Below are positions 19,016-27,500 of a DNA stretch of 64,000 nt, one piece after another. The stretch lies in sequence record PV231353.1; one strand, written 5' to 3'. Positions within the stretch are counted from its first letter, which is position 1. Each line of letters starts with the position of its first letter. The notes below the pieces were generated by a model. The model made no database searches and had not been told where the DNA came from. It saw only the letters and a list, made by a program, of their open reading frames with translations. Both the position numbers and the translations under genes were made by a program.

Positions 19016-20140
19016 CGTGACGCCGAGCGTCGCGGCCATCTTCTGGAGCGCCGCGCGCTGGGTCTTGATCTGCTCGTCGAACTTATCGAAGGCGGTCAGG
19101 ACGTCGGTCTCCAGCTTGCCGAGCGCGTCCCACTGCTTCTTCAGTTCGGCGCCCGCCAGTTCCGCCGCCTCGTTGCGCTCCGGTCCGTAGACGCGCTCGC
19201 GCATCTCGGCGACCCAGGCCCAGGGAAGACCCAGGTCCTCGGCGACCTTCTTGTCGGTCCAGGCCCCGGTATAGCGCTGCTGGATCGTGTTGTAGTGGAC
19301 GTCGAGGGCCTCGATGATCCGGCGGTTCTCGGCCGGTGTCGCCGTGCGCGGCGGCGTGGCGGTGGTCGGCGGGGTGGCGATGGCGGCTGCGGGCACGGGA
19401 GCGATCTCCGGAATGGGGGAAGGGACAGGAGCGTCGGGGGCAAGCTTGCCCTGACGGATCAGGCGGGTGCGGGCGGCGTTCTTCTGCCGCTGGGAGCGTT
19501 CCTCGGGGGTCATCGTCTCCCAGTAGCGGCGGGAAGCCTCGCCCTGCTTGGCGGCGGTCTCAGCCTTCTTGGCGGCGGCGCGGGCGCGGCGGGTCTCATG
19601 ACCCTTGGCGGTGGCGGCCGAGCGCTGCTCGGGCGTCATGGAGGCCTGGACGCGCCTTAGGCGATCGCCGTCCCCGCGCCCCGGCTTGGTCTTGAGACCG
19701 CTCTTGACCATCGCCGCTTCCACGAGGGCGGAGCCGACGGCGGTGGGGGCGTTGGCGGGGCTGGGCTTGGCTTCCACGATGGCTTCCTCTGGAATGATTT
19801 CGAACTTCGCCAGGGCGTTCGAGACGGTGTAGACGGCCGCGTCGAGCAGGAGACCGTGCTGGTTCTCGGGCGGCTGGGACGCGGCCTTGGCCAGCCCATG
19901 GCAGGCAGGACAGACGTCCTTGTTGCGTGAGCCTCCGACCGACCAGCCCCGTTTGCGGAACATCTTGGCGGCGAATTCCGACGGGATGTGGGGTGAGCGG
20001 GTGGTGATGGGGATGGCGTCCTCGGCCGGGCATTTGCGGCAGGTGATGACGACATGGTTCTGGCGCTTGGACGGATCACCGTTCAGGGATCGCATCTCGA
20101 CCCGGAAGGAGTCGCGCGTCGCGAGTTTGGTGGTGCTCAT
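19007..20140 (-). CDS. hypothetical protein with N-terminal Zn-finger-like motif and C-terminal HTH-like segment
   Basis: CRKC...CPACH; two MTPE(Q/E)RS repeats; WTDKKVAEDLGLPWAWV. Confidence 0.75.
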   Translation of the reverse strand: MSTTKLATRDSFRVEMRSLNGDPSKRQNHVVITCRKCPAEDAIPITTRSPHIPSEFAAKMFRKRGWSVGGSRNKDVCPACHGLAKAASQPPENQHGLLLDAAVYTVSNALAKFEIIPEEAIVEAKPSPANAPTAVGSALVEAAMVKSGLKTKPGRGDGDRLRRVQASMTPEQRSAATAKGHETRRARAAAKKAETAAKQGEASRRYWETMTPEERSQRQKNAARTRLIRQGKLAPDAPVPSPIPEIAPVPAAAIATPPTTATPPRTATPAENRRIIEALDVHYNTIQQRYTGAWTDKKVAEDLGLPWAWVAEMRERVYGPERNEAAELAGAELKKQWDALGKLETDVLTAFDKFDEQIKTQRAALQKMAATLGVTLA

Positions 20141-20149
20141 GCTATGCGC

Positions 20150-20389
20150 TCACCGGCATGACAGGCAGACCTCGTCTTGCAGTTCAGAAGGGTCGCACCA
20201 GTGGTCGCAGACCTCGCACTTCCAGACCTTGCGGTCGAGGAAGGTGAAGAACGCATCCGGCGCGTCGAAATAGCCGAACGGGAAGCCTGCGTTGTCGACG
20301 GCCTCCTGGACGTCGACCGTGGTGCCGAGCATCTTGGGGGCCAGACGCAGCGCCATCGCCATCAGTTCGGGGCCGCCGGGCTCAGCCAT
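20150..20389 (-). CDS. Zn-ribbon hypothetical protein
   Basis: CEVCDHWC...CLSC. Confidence 0.7.
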   Translation of the reverse strand: MAEPGGPELMAMALRLAPKMLGTTVDVQEAVDNAGFPFGYFDAPDAFFTFLDRKVWKCEVCDHWCDPSELQDEVCLSCR

Positions 20390-20726
20390 TGGACTTGTCC
20401 TGGCGAGTCGCGGCGCGGCGCTCGTTGAACCACTGCTGCCATTCGGCCTGGGTCATCCAACGCTGCCGGCGCTGGGCGTTGTAGACCTCCAGGCCCTTTT
20501 CGGAGACCCGGTATTCCTTGGAGCCCCGCGACATCGCCGCCGAGCGCTGCGTTGCCTCGGCGAGCCCGCGCTTGACCAGTTTGGCCAGGGTGGCGGAATG
20601 GTGTGAACCGTTGGAACCGCCGACGTCCATGGGGCGCAGCCAGCGGATCGGCTCATCCCTGAAGCAAGGGATGAGGCAACCCAGGACCTCCCAGTCGCGG
20701 TCGGTGAGCGGCTTTTCACGGCTCAT
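20382..20726 (-). CDS. putative winged-helix protein
   Basis: LAKLVKRGLAE ... YRVSEKG. Confidence 0.65.
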   Translation of the reverse strand: MSREKPLTDRDWEVLGCLIPCFRDEPIRWLRPMDVGGSNGSHHSATLAKLVKRGLAEATQRSAAMSRGSKEYRVSEKGLEVYNAQRRQRWMTQAEWQQWFNERRAATRQDKSNG

Positions 20727-20896
20727 CGCAGTAGCTCCCCGTCGGCGATCCGGATGTCGGTCAGCGGATAGTCCTGGAAGAAGGCGCGCAGCCGCTGACG
20801 CAGCATGCCCTCGACGGCCTCTGCGTTGTTCAGGGCCTCGGCGAGGTCTTCGAACATCTGGCGCTCATGGGCGCGTAATGGGCGGGTCTTTGGCAT
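20723..20896 (-). CDS. small hypothetical protein (57 aa)
   Basis: Not in ORF track; MPKTRPLRAHERQMFEDL...; directly behind cassette with AGGAGG SD. Confidence 0.75.
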   Translation of the reverse strand: MPKTRPLRAHERQMFEDLAEALNNAEAVEGMLRQRLRAFFQDYPLTDIRIADGELLR

Positions 20897-20965
20897 GGGA
20901 CCTCCTGGTTGTCGTCGTGCGGCTTTTAGCCCCGATAGGTCAGGCTGTCAACACAGTGCAGCCAG
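20897..20965 (-). promoter_or_regulatory. promoter-leader cassette
   Basis: TGGC-N6-GTG-TTGACA(20946-20951)-N17-TAAAAG ... ACGACAACC-AGGAGG. Confidence 0.85.
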
Positions 20966-21184
20966 CCGGGCGATATAGTCCCGCATCCGCTCGCTCGACG
21001 CATAGCGCCACGTCCAGGGGACCTGTTCGGGGCGCGCGCCATTGAACTGGCAAAGCCATAGGAAGGCCTCCTCCGAGTGAGGCCAGTTCTCGGCGTCGGC
21101 CGAGAAACCGGTCATGCGGAAGCACGCCGCGACCTCGGCCGGCGTCAGGTTGGGATCACGCACGGCCTTGAGCTTGACCTTCAC
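20948..21184 (-). CDS. hypothetical protein (start uncertain; frame is open to about 21290)
   Basis: ORF track plus open upstream frame. Confidence 0.55.
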   Translation of the reverse strand: MKVKLKAVRDPNLTPAEVAACFRMTGFSADAENWPHSEEAFLWLCQFNGARPEQVPWTWRYASSERMRDYIARLAALC

Positions 21185-21260
21185 CTCCTCGGGCGGCGTG
21201 GGCGGCGGAGGTTCGACCTCGTAGCCGGCCTTGCGCAGGAGCTTGATCGCGGCGGCGATC

Positions 21261-21509
21261 TCAGGACTCGGTTTCAGGTTTCCACTCCCCGCACCAGGAA
21301 TTCATGTGGACCAGCGGGAATTCCGCCCAGCCGATCTGATCGGGCGGATTGTCCCCGTGGAAGCTGCCGCCCTCTCGGGCGTGATGGTAGCGTGACGGCC
21401 CCACCTTGATCGAGGGCGGAAAGCGCCGGCAGTCGCCGTGCCTCTCGACCGCGCGCGTCTCAAGGAAGAACCGGCAGGTCTTGCAGGATTGGCCTTCAGG
21501 CTGTCTCAT
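21261..21509 (-). CDS. Cys-rich small protein
   Basis: CKTCRFF...GDCRRFPP...SWCGEWKP. Confidence 0.7.
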   Translation of the reverse strand: MRQPEGQSCKTCRFFLETRAVERHGDCRRFPPSIKVGPSRYHHAREGGSFHGDNPPDQIGWAEFPLVHMNSWCGEWKPETES

Positions 21510-21772
21510 GCGGTGACCCCTTCGGCGCCGAGGGTCTTGCGCCACGTGGCGACATCGCCCAGGAGTTCGCCGCTCAAGAAGCGGTCCTCATAGATCGGCA
21601 CGTCGCCATCCGCCAGGGCCAGGAGGTCGAGTTGCGCGTCGATCCACTGTCGCTCGCACATATAGGGCTGGTGACGCGCGGTGGCGCGGATGCCGTACTG
21701 GAGGCGCCTGTCGTAGAGCGTCAGGCGCAACCCGGCGTGATCCCGCTCGATCCAGATATCAGGCCGCTTCAT
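21506..21772 (-). CDS. hypothetical protein
   Basis: 88 aa, in chain. Confidence 0.65.
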   Translation of the reverse strand: MKRPDIWIERDHAGLRLTLYDRRLQYGIRATARHQPYMCERQWIDAQLDLLALADGDVPIYEDRFLSGELLGDVATWRKTLGAEGVTA

Positions 21773-22787
21773 GGGCGGCCTCCTCGCCTTCTTCCTCGGC
21801 CGGCGCCAGGGTCGAGCCCGAGTATTCCTGGAGGTGATCGACCGCCTTCTGGGCCAGCGACGCGGCGGTGAAGATGAAGCGCTTGTCGCCCTTCAGGACC
21901 TTCAGCCACGAGGCGACGTAGGAGGCGTGATCCTCGCGGACCTCCGGGGTCAGGCCCAGCACCGCGCAGAGGAAGGCCGAGCCGAGTTCGGCGACCAGTT
22001 CCTCGGCGGCGTAGGCCTCGTCCCCGAAGCGCTTGCCGAACTCGCGGTTCAGGCGGTTCTCGCGACCGGTCCAGTGGACGAACTCGTGACCGAGGGTGGC
22101 GTAGTAGCTCTCCTCGTCGCGGAAGTCGTCGAACTGGGGCATCTGGATGAAGTCCAGGTGCGGCGAGAAGAAGGCCCGGTGCCCGCCGTGGCGCACCTCG
22201 GCGCCCGTGGCGGCGAAGAACTTCTCGACCGCCGCGTTACGCTCCAGGACCCGCTTGGCTTCCTCGGCGGGCGTCGCCGGGGCCGGAGCGGGCTTCTGGT
22301 AGAAGCGCTCGGGCAGGCCGTCGATCTGCTCGACGTTGAACACCAGATAGGACTTCAGGAACGGGATCATCCGCTCGACGTCCTTGCCGTTCGAGTCCTT
22401 CTCGGTCTTCTTGAACTTGGAGGCGTAGACGATCAGTTCGGATTTCTCGCCCTTGCGGACCTGACCGCCCAGGCCCCTGGCTTGGTTGTAGGTCATCCAG
22501 GTCGGGTTGGTGTAGCCGCGCTCCTGGGCGGCGGCCCACAGGAGGACCACGTTGATCCCGGTGTATCGCTGGCCCGTCACGCGGCGCGGATAGATCGCCA
22601 TGCCAGCCGAGGCGCCGCCGGGAGCCGACCACGGCTTCAACCAGGGACGCACGCCGGCGTCGAGCGCGGCGATGATCTTGTCGGTGATCTTGGCATACAA
22701 GTCGACCTTGACGGTCTCCGTCGAAGCTTTGCCGCTCTCCTTGGTGGAGCGCTTGGCCGGCTTCTTCTTGGCGGTGGTCTTGGTCAT
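21759..22787 (-). CDS. ardC: ArdC-family antirestriction / ssDNA-binding protein
   Basis: PW.KPW, YTGIN, WMTY.QA..LGGQVRKGEK, VFNVEQIDG, YYATL.HE..HWTG, Y..EELVAE. Confidence 0.9.
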   Translation of the reverse strand: MTKTTAKKKPAKRSTKESGKASTETVKVDLYAKITDKIIAALDAGVRPWLKPWSAPGGASAGMAIYPRRVTGQRYTGINVVLLWAAAQERGYTNPTWMTYNQARGLGGQVRKGEKSELIVYASKFKKTEKDSNGKDVERMIPFLKSYLVFNVEQIDGLPERFYQKPAPAPATPAEEAKRVLERNAAVEKFFAATGAEVRHGGHRAFFSPHLDFIQMPQFDDFRDEESYYATLGHEFVHWTGRENRLNREFGKRFGDEAYAAEELVAELGSAFLCAVLGLTPEVREDHASYVASWLKVLKGDKRFIFTAASLAQKAVDHLQEYSGSTLAPAEEEGEEAAHEAA

Positions 22788-22857
22788 CAGGGCCTCCTCG
22801 TTGTCGTCGAGGGGGTTCTAGCCGGCGACCGCGACCTTGTCAACACTCTCGCGCCAG
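22788..22857 (-). promoter_or_regulatory. promoter-leader cassette
   Basis: TGGCGCGAGAGTG-TTGACA(22838-22843)-N17-TAGAAC-CCCCTCG-ACGACAA-CGAGGAGG. Confidence 0.9.
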
Positions 22858-23054
22858 TCCTTAATCGCTTGGCGTTCCGCGTAGGTAGGCTGACGCTCCC
22901 AGCAGGCATACTGCTCCGAGCCACGGGTACAGTTCTCACGGATGATCTCGCCATCCGCGTTGTGCAGCGGCGTGTATGGCTTCTTCATGCAGTGCCCAAG
23001 ATACTGCCCCACCCAGGGGTGCCAGAGGCGGCAGTTGCCACAGACCTGCTTCAT
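22818..23054 (-). CDS. Cys-containing small protein
   Basis: CGNCRLW...C; reads into the promoter. Confidence 0.6.
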   Translation of the reverse strand: MKQVCGNCRLWHPWVGQYLGHCMKKPYTPLHNADGEIIRENCTRGSEQYACWERQPTYAERQAIKDWRESVDKVAVAG

Positions 23055-23293
23055 CAGGCGCTCATGATCGCCGCGCAGAGGATCATCACCACCAGCCCGC
23101 CGACGATCGGGCAGACGATCAGCGACATGCAGAACGTCAAGGTCGGGTGGTCGATGAAATAGAACAGGTAGGGAGGCGGTTGGGGCTGGTTGTAGAGAAC
23201 GGCCGCGCCCAGCGCCAGTGCGATGGCGCCGATGATCCAGGCCAGTCCATACCAGAAGGCTCCCTGGAGAAGCGTTTCGACTTTCGGGTTCAT
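23054..23293 (-). CDS. membrane protein
   Basis: Two hydrophobic helices. Confidence 0.7.
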   Translation of the reverse strand: MNPKVETLLQGAFWYGLAWIIGAIALALGAAVLYNQPQPPPYLFYFIDHPTLTFCMSLIVCPIVGGLVVMILCAAIMSA

Positions 23294-23610
23294 CGGCGGT
23301 TGTTCTCCAGGTCCCAGATGCGGTTGCGAAGGTGACGAATGGTCTCTTCCAGGTCGCGGACCTTGCGATAATGCTGGTCCTCGGTCTCCTGGGTGTTGCG
23401 CTTGTAGCGTCGCTCCCGCTCGTCCATCTCCGTCCGGAGCGGATTGGGGATCACGTCATGACCGTGGGCCATGCCGTAGTTCTCGAACGAGCCCTCGATC
23501 CCCTCGGCGATCCCCTGGCGCTTTTCCAGCGGGATGCCGTTCCAGAGGTCGAAGAGGCCTTCGCCGTCGAACGAGGCGTCCAGGCTTTCGAGCCAATAGT
23601 CAGTCGCCAT
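23290..23610 (-). CDS. hypothetical protein
   Basis: 106 aa, coiled-coil end. Confidence 0.7.
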   Translation of the reverse strand: MATDYWLESLDASFDGEGLFDLWNGIPLEKRQGIAEGIEGSFENYGMAHGHDVIPNPLRTEMDERERRYKRNTQETEDQHYRKVRDLEETIRHLRNRIWDLENNRR

Positions 23611-23983
23611 GAGATGAACCCTCCCCGGCCCGGACGCAATGGATCAGGCCGCCGTCGCCCTCTTCGGTGTAGCGGATGAGACTGCCGGCCTGGATCAACA
23701 TCTGGACCGTCTCGTCGCTCACCATGACGTCGCGCCCCGGCGGGCTCCAGGAGCGGCCGTCATCCATCAGGATCAACCCCTCGCGCCGGATCGCCAACGA
23801 CATCGCCTGGGCCGCGCGCTGGGCGGCGCTGGTCGCGCCCTCGACCAGGACCTTGAGGTCCTCGATCGGGAAGCACTCCAGGAACCGGGCGCGGACTTCC
23901 AGACGCTCGGCCGGCGGCAGGCGCATGATGTCGCCCACCAGGATGTCGGCGTATTCCTCGGCGGTCTTGGGGGCGTCGGTCAT
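23600..23983 (-). CDS. hypothetical protein
   Basis: 127 aa, in chain. Confidence 0.7.
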   Translation of the reverse strand: MTDAPKTAEEYADILVGDIMRLPPAERLEVRARFLECFPIEDLKVLVEGATSAAQRAAQAMSLAIRREGLILMDDGRSWSPPGRDVMVSDETVQMLIQAGSLIRYTEEGDGGLIHCVRAGEGSSHGD

Positions 23984-24237
23984 GACTTGAGGCTCTGGCA
24001 GGCGAACGTGATCACGTCGCCCAAGGTGTTGAAATCCTCAGGGAACTGAACCGGCTCGGGGACGGCGAAGTCCTCCTCCAGGCACATCATCAACTCGATG
24101 ATGTCCAGGCTGTCGAGGCCCAGATCATCTTCCAGCCGCAGGCCCTCGTCCATGTCGTCGAGGGTGTAGTGCCGATCGGTGATCGCGTGGGCGTAGTCGA
24201 AGGTCGCCGCCTTGATCTCGTCGCGCGTGAAGGTCAC
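23980..24237 (-). CDS. acyl carrier protein-like
   Basis: Acidic 85 aa; L.DDLGLDSLDIIELMM.LEEDF contains the phosphopantetheine Ser motif; T.GDVI helix IV. Confidence 0.85.
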   Translation of the reverse strand: MTFTRDEIKAATFDYAHAITDRHYTLDDMDEGLRLEDDLGLDSLDIIELMMCLEEDFAVPEPVQFPEDFNTLGDVITFACQSLKS

Positions 24238-24968
24238 GGCTCTCCCCCTGGTGTCGTTTCGGCGCTTCTAGCCCTGCCAAGCAGGGCCGTCAACACATCA
24301 GCGCCATGCCAGACCCAGGACAGGCTCAGGATGAGGTCGCGGTCCTCATAGGCGGCGCTGCGCCCGGTGATCACCTTGATCGCCGAGAGTGGCCCAAACC
24401 GCCAGAAGACGACCGTGCGCGAATCGTTGCGACCCGGCAAGTGCTCCAGCAACACGCGACGCTTGATCGCCAAATGCCGCTGCTCTCTGTGGAGGACGAG
24501 CGCGATCTTGCGCGTTGGATCAGACCCGAACCACCGACGCCAGTAGCCCGGATTGTCGATGTTCTCGAACAGCCGGCCGATCCGCTTGCTGACTGGGCGA
24601 AGCCCAGGCTCGCGGCGACGCACGCTCAGCGGCGGGAAGGTGCAGGGCGGCCATTCCGGAAGCAGGCGCAGACGCAGCCTCCGGAATTCCCACGCTGGCA
24701 TGGCGTTGTCCTTGGTGTTGTTGCACGCCACGCAGGCCGCCGCCAGATTGCTCTCGTGGTTCGATCCGCCTTCGGCCTTGGCCTCCAGGTGCTCGATCGT
24801 CACCTCGTCGGGCTCCAGCTTGCCGCCGCCTCGGCCGATCCGCCGACGATAGGCCATCTGCCCCGTGCAATAGGTGCAGAGGCCGCCCGATTCCAGGAAG
24901 AGGCGGTGACGGCGGTTGGGCGCGGCGGGCGGTAGCGGGTCTTGGACCACCACCTCAGATGAGGACAT
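24234..24968 (-). CDS. HNH endonuclease (McrA-like) with C-terminal extension
   Basis: CTYC ... TIEH......GGSN..SNL..AC..CNN.K. Confidence 0.8.
   Translation of the reverse strand: MSSSEVVVQDPLPPAAPNRRHRLFLESGGLCTYCTGQMAYRRRIGRGGGKLEPDEVTIEHLEAKAEGGSNHESNLAAACVACNNTKDNAMPAWEFRRLRLRLLPEWPPCTFPPLSVRRREPGLRPVSKRIGRLFENIDNPGYWRRWFGSDPTRKIALVLHREQRHLAIKRRVLLEHLPGRNDSRTVVFWRFGPLSAIKVITGRSAAYEDRDLILSLSWVWHGADVLTALLGRARSAETTPGGEP
24238..24308 (-). promoter_or_regulatory. promoter-leader cassette for the ACP gene
   Basis: TGGC-N6-GTG-TTGACG(24288-24293)-GCCCTGCTTGGCAGGGC-TAGAAG ... ACGACACC-AGGGGGAG. Confidence 0.8.
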
Positions 24969-25401
24969 AGCCGTCCTTGCCGTTGTCGAAGACCAGATCG
25001 GAGAAGCGCAGCGTCTCCAGGGCGGTATTGAAGGCCGCCTCGGGGCCGCCCACCCGCGCCCAGATCGTGCGTCCGCCCATGACGACATGGAAGAGGTCCG
25101 GCGCCGTCTGGGAGCGCACCACGGAGGCGGCGTTGTCGACCAGCACCCGATAGGCCGCGCCGGCGACCGTCAGGCGATCGCGCGCGTCGATCAGGCCCAG
25201 GCCCCGCAGGTCGGCGAGATAGTCGCCCAGGCCCTGCACCGCGACGCCAGCCGCCAGGGCAAGCGTGGTCGGGTTGTTGTTGGCGCCCAGGGCCTTGAGG
25301 ACCTCGACCCGGCGCAGGATCGTCTCCTCGCGGGCCTCGACCTCGATCTGGTCGTCGGTCTTCTGGGCGCCCAGAATGGTCTTGCGCAGCGGTTGCAACA
25401 T
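24955..25401 (-). CDS. putative winged-helix protein
   Basis: LALAAGV....LGDYLADLRGLGLI...LTVAG. Confidence 0.6.
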   Translation of the reverse strand: MLQPLRKTILGAQKTDDQIEVEAREETILRRVEVLKALGANNNPTTLALAAGVAVQGLGDYLADLRGLGLIDARDRLTVAGAAYRVLVDNAASVVRSQTAPDLFHVVMGGRTIWARVGGPEAAFNTALETLRFSDLVFDNGKDGYVLI

Positions 25402-25410
25402 GGTCGATCC

Positions 25411-25794
25411 TTAACGAATGAGGCTCCAGGCCTCTTGGGTTTTGCCGTAGGGTTCGGGGAAGATATAGCCCCGTTGGTGGAGGTCGGCCAAGATCGCCTC
25501 GGTGTGCGGAAGGTAGGCCTCCTCGCTCCCCGTATAGGGCGTCTCCTGGCTCCTGGCCCGCCAGTAGAGGCGGTGGTTCAGCCGCAGGGCCGTGCGTTCG
25601 AACGCCCGGCGCGGATTGATCTCGCAGGCCAGGATATGGCAAATCCAGCCCGCCTCGGTATGGCGCACCCGCCCGCCCTGCAAGGCGAAGAAGCCCTCGT
25701 CCTTGAGCGCCATGAACTCCGCCTGGAGTTCCGGCAGGAAGCGCACGAGGCGCCCGAACGCGTCATGGAAGACGACGACGCGACGATCATACAT
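25411..25794 (-). CDS. hypothetical protein
   Basis: 127 aa, in chain. Confidence 0.65.
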   Translation of the reverse strand: MYDRRVVVFHDAFGRLVRFLPELQAEFMALKDEGFFALQGGRVRHTEAGWICHILACEINPRRAFERTALRLNHRLYWRARSQETPYTGSEEAYLPHTEAILADLHQRGYIFPEPYGKTQEAWSLIR

Positions 25795-26152
25795 CGGCTT
25801 CGTAGCCCAGGAACGGCCTCAGGTCGTTGATCACCCCTTGCTCGATCCGGATCGCCTTGAGTTCCGAGCAGCGGGCGTTCTCGGCGATGGCGCGCAGGGC
25901 GCGCGCGCGGTCGCGGTAGGTGCTGGAGTGATCCCACCAGCGGTAGGAGTTCTGGCGGATGTTCTTGGCCTCTTCCAAGGTCACCGGCCGGCGCTGGAAG
26001 AGCCACCAGGGGCTGGCGCTCGCGGTCTCCTGCGCCATGATCTTGGCGAGCGTTTCGGCGCGGATGGCGTCGGCCTGGGCGTCCATGTCCTCGGCCGCCT
26101 TAAGAGCGGCTTCGAGCAGGGCGAGGCGATCGACTTCGGCGGACATGCTCAC
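25787..26152 (-). CDS. hypothetical protein
   Basis: In chain; start may be ATG 26146. Confidence 0.7.
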   Translation of the reverse strand: MSMSAEVDRLALLEAALKAAEDMDAQADAIRAETLAKIMAQETASASPWWLFQRRPVTLEEAKNIRQNSYRWWDHSSTYRDRARALRAIAENARCSELKAIRIEQGVINDLRPFLGYEADV

Positions 26153-26418
26153 TTCAGCTTCTCCCCGATATAGACGTCCAGGAACCGCGCCTGAGCATCC
26201 TGGTCCTGGAACATCCAGATCGCGTACTTGGTGCGCGGGAACGGCTGGCGGAAAAACTCCACCGGGCCGAGGATGTCCTTGGCGCCGTGCGGCGTCGGCG
26301 CGACCAGCGGCGTCTTGACCACGAACGGGTAGCGTTCGAGGCGCTTGATCACCGCCATCGAGCAGTCGCGCTCACGCGTCGTCTTTTCGGGCAGGTCACG
26401 GGTCCAGGTCGTGGTCAT
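26149..26418 (-). CDS. hypothetical protein
   Basis: 89 aa, coupled. Confidence 0.7.
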   Translation of the reverse strand: MTTTWTRDLPEKTTRERDCSMAVIKRLERYPFVVKTPLVAPTPHGAKDILGPVEFFRQPFPRTKYAIWMFQDQDAQARFLDVYIGEKLK

Positions 26419-26714
26419 CAGGCTTGCACCTCGAAGGCGTTGATCTTATGGGCGTCATACCACCAGCGCCGGCCCAGGCAGGCCTTGCAGGTGACGTCGT
26501 CCCACCCCTCGACGAAGGTCAGGGGCTTGAGCTTGTGAGCCGGCACGGTCTTGATGGTCGAGCGAACCCCGCCGCTCTTCAGATAGGCGGTGCGACCATG
26601 GACCGTCTCGGGCACGTCGATTGCCTTGTCGGGAGACCAGCGATTGCAGGCCGTGTAGCGCCCTTCGCCGCCGTTACGGAACGGGCGCGGGGCGTGAGTG
26701 GCAACTTTAGACAC
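26418..26714 (-). CDS. hypothetical protein
   Basis: YTAC ... VTCKAC; coupled. Confidence 0.65.
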   Translation of the reverse strand: MSKVATHAPRPFRNGGEGRYTACNRWSPDKAIDVPETVHGRTAYLKSGGVRSTIKTVPAHKLKPLTFVEGWDDVTCKACLGRRWWYDAHKINAFEVQA

Positions 26715-26865
26715 GAGCCTTCTCCGAGGTCCGGATGATCAGGGCGACCAACAGGATCGCGATGATCACCGCCGTCGTCATCGGGGGCTGACGGTTGTAG
26801 CCGTCGATGAAGCCGAGGATGGTCCCCGCCAGCATCGCCGCTCCATAGGCGCTCCAGAACTTCAA
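26707..26865 (-). CDS. small membrane protein
   Basis: TTG start overlapping upstream stop; two hydrophobic segments. Confidence 0.6.
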   Translation of the reverse strand: MKFWSAYGAAMLAGTILGFIDGYNRQPPMTTAVIIAILLVALIIRTSEKARV

Positions 26866-27434
26866 GCCTCGATCTCCTCGAACCGTCCATCCATGAACTC
26901 GGCCTCGCGGCGGCCCCACATCTGGCCCTGGGCGTCGATGTAGGCCAGCAGGGTTTCGTCATCGAGCACGGGGGTCTCGCATTGGATGCGGACCGTCCCG
27001 ACCAGGGCGTAGTCGCCGCCGCGCTTCTTGTGCCGGAAGCGACGCATGCCGCGCGGAAGCTCCGCCAGGAAGGCCTTGAGGGCGTCCGCCACCTTGGCGA
27101 CGCCGTGCGGGAAGTGGGAGCCCGGTCCGCGCACCCACTGGTAGATCGTGGCCAGAGCAAAGCGGCCGGCGGCGATCTCGCCAGTCGGGTCCTTGCGGAG
27201 CAGGTCCGGGGCGTGGGCTTCGAGATAGTTGGTCCCGACCAGCGCCATGCAGCGGGCTTCCTCGACATCGGCCGGAACCCTCAGATATCCCGCCGGCATC
27301 GGCTCGCCCACGGCCTTGATCACCTCGACGAGATGGTCGGCCATGCGGGCGTGCCACGCGCGCATATCACGCTCATGGGCGTGCTCGCCATGATAGCGGT
27401 GGTAGTCCAGGATTTCGTGCAGGGCTTGGCTCAT
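26862..27434 (-). CDS. hypothetical protein with C-terminal DUF1653-like domain
   Basis: RFRHKK.G.Y...G ... AY......W.R...EF.DGRFE. Confidence 0.7.
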   Translation of the reverse strand: MSQALHEILDYHRYHGEHAHERDMRAWHARMADHLVEVIKAVGEPMPAGYLRVPADVEEARCMALVGTNYLEAHAPDLLRKDPTGEIAAGRFALATIYQWVRGPGSHFPHGVAKVADALKAFLAELPRGMRRFRHKKRGGDYALVGTVRIQCETPVLDDETLLAYIDAQGQMWGRREAEFMDGRFEEIEA

Positions 27435-27500
27435 CGGGTCCTTCCGTTGTCGTCACCCGCGACACTAGATGGTCGCGGGTGCGCGTGTCAACACTTCACG
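27435..27500 (-). promoter_or_regulatory. promoter-leader cassette (N18/TAGTGT subclass)
   Basis: GTG-TTGACA(27486-27491)-N18-TAGTGT; dyad ACCCGCGAC/GTCGCGGGT around the -10; ACGACAACG-GAAGGA. Confidence 0.8.

Noticed and set aside
22844-22857. TGGC element as a sigma54 -24 box
   Set aside because: Sigma54 needs TGGC-N7-TTGC; here the spacing is TGGC-N9-TTGAC and a sigma70-type -10 follows at 17 bp.
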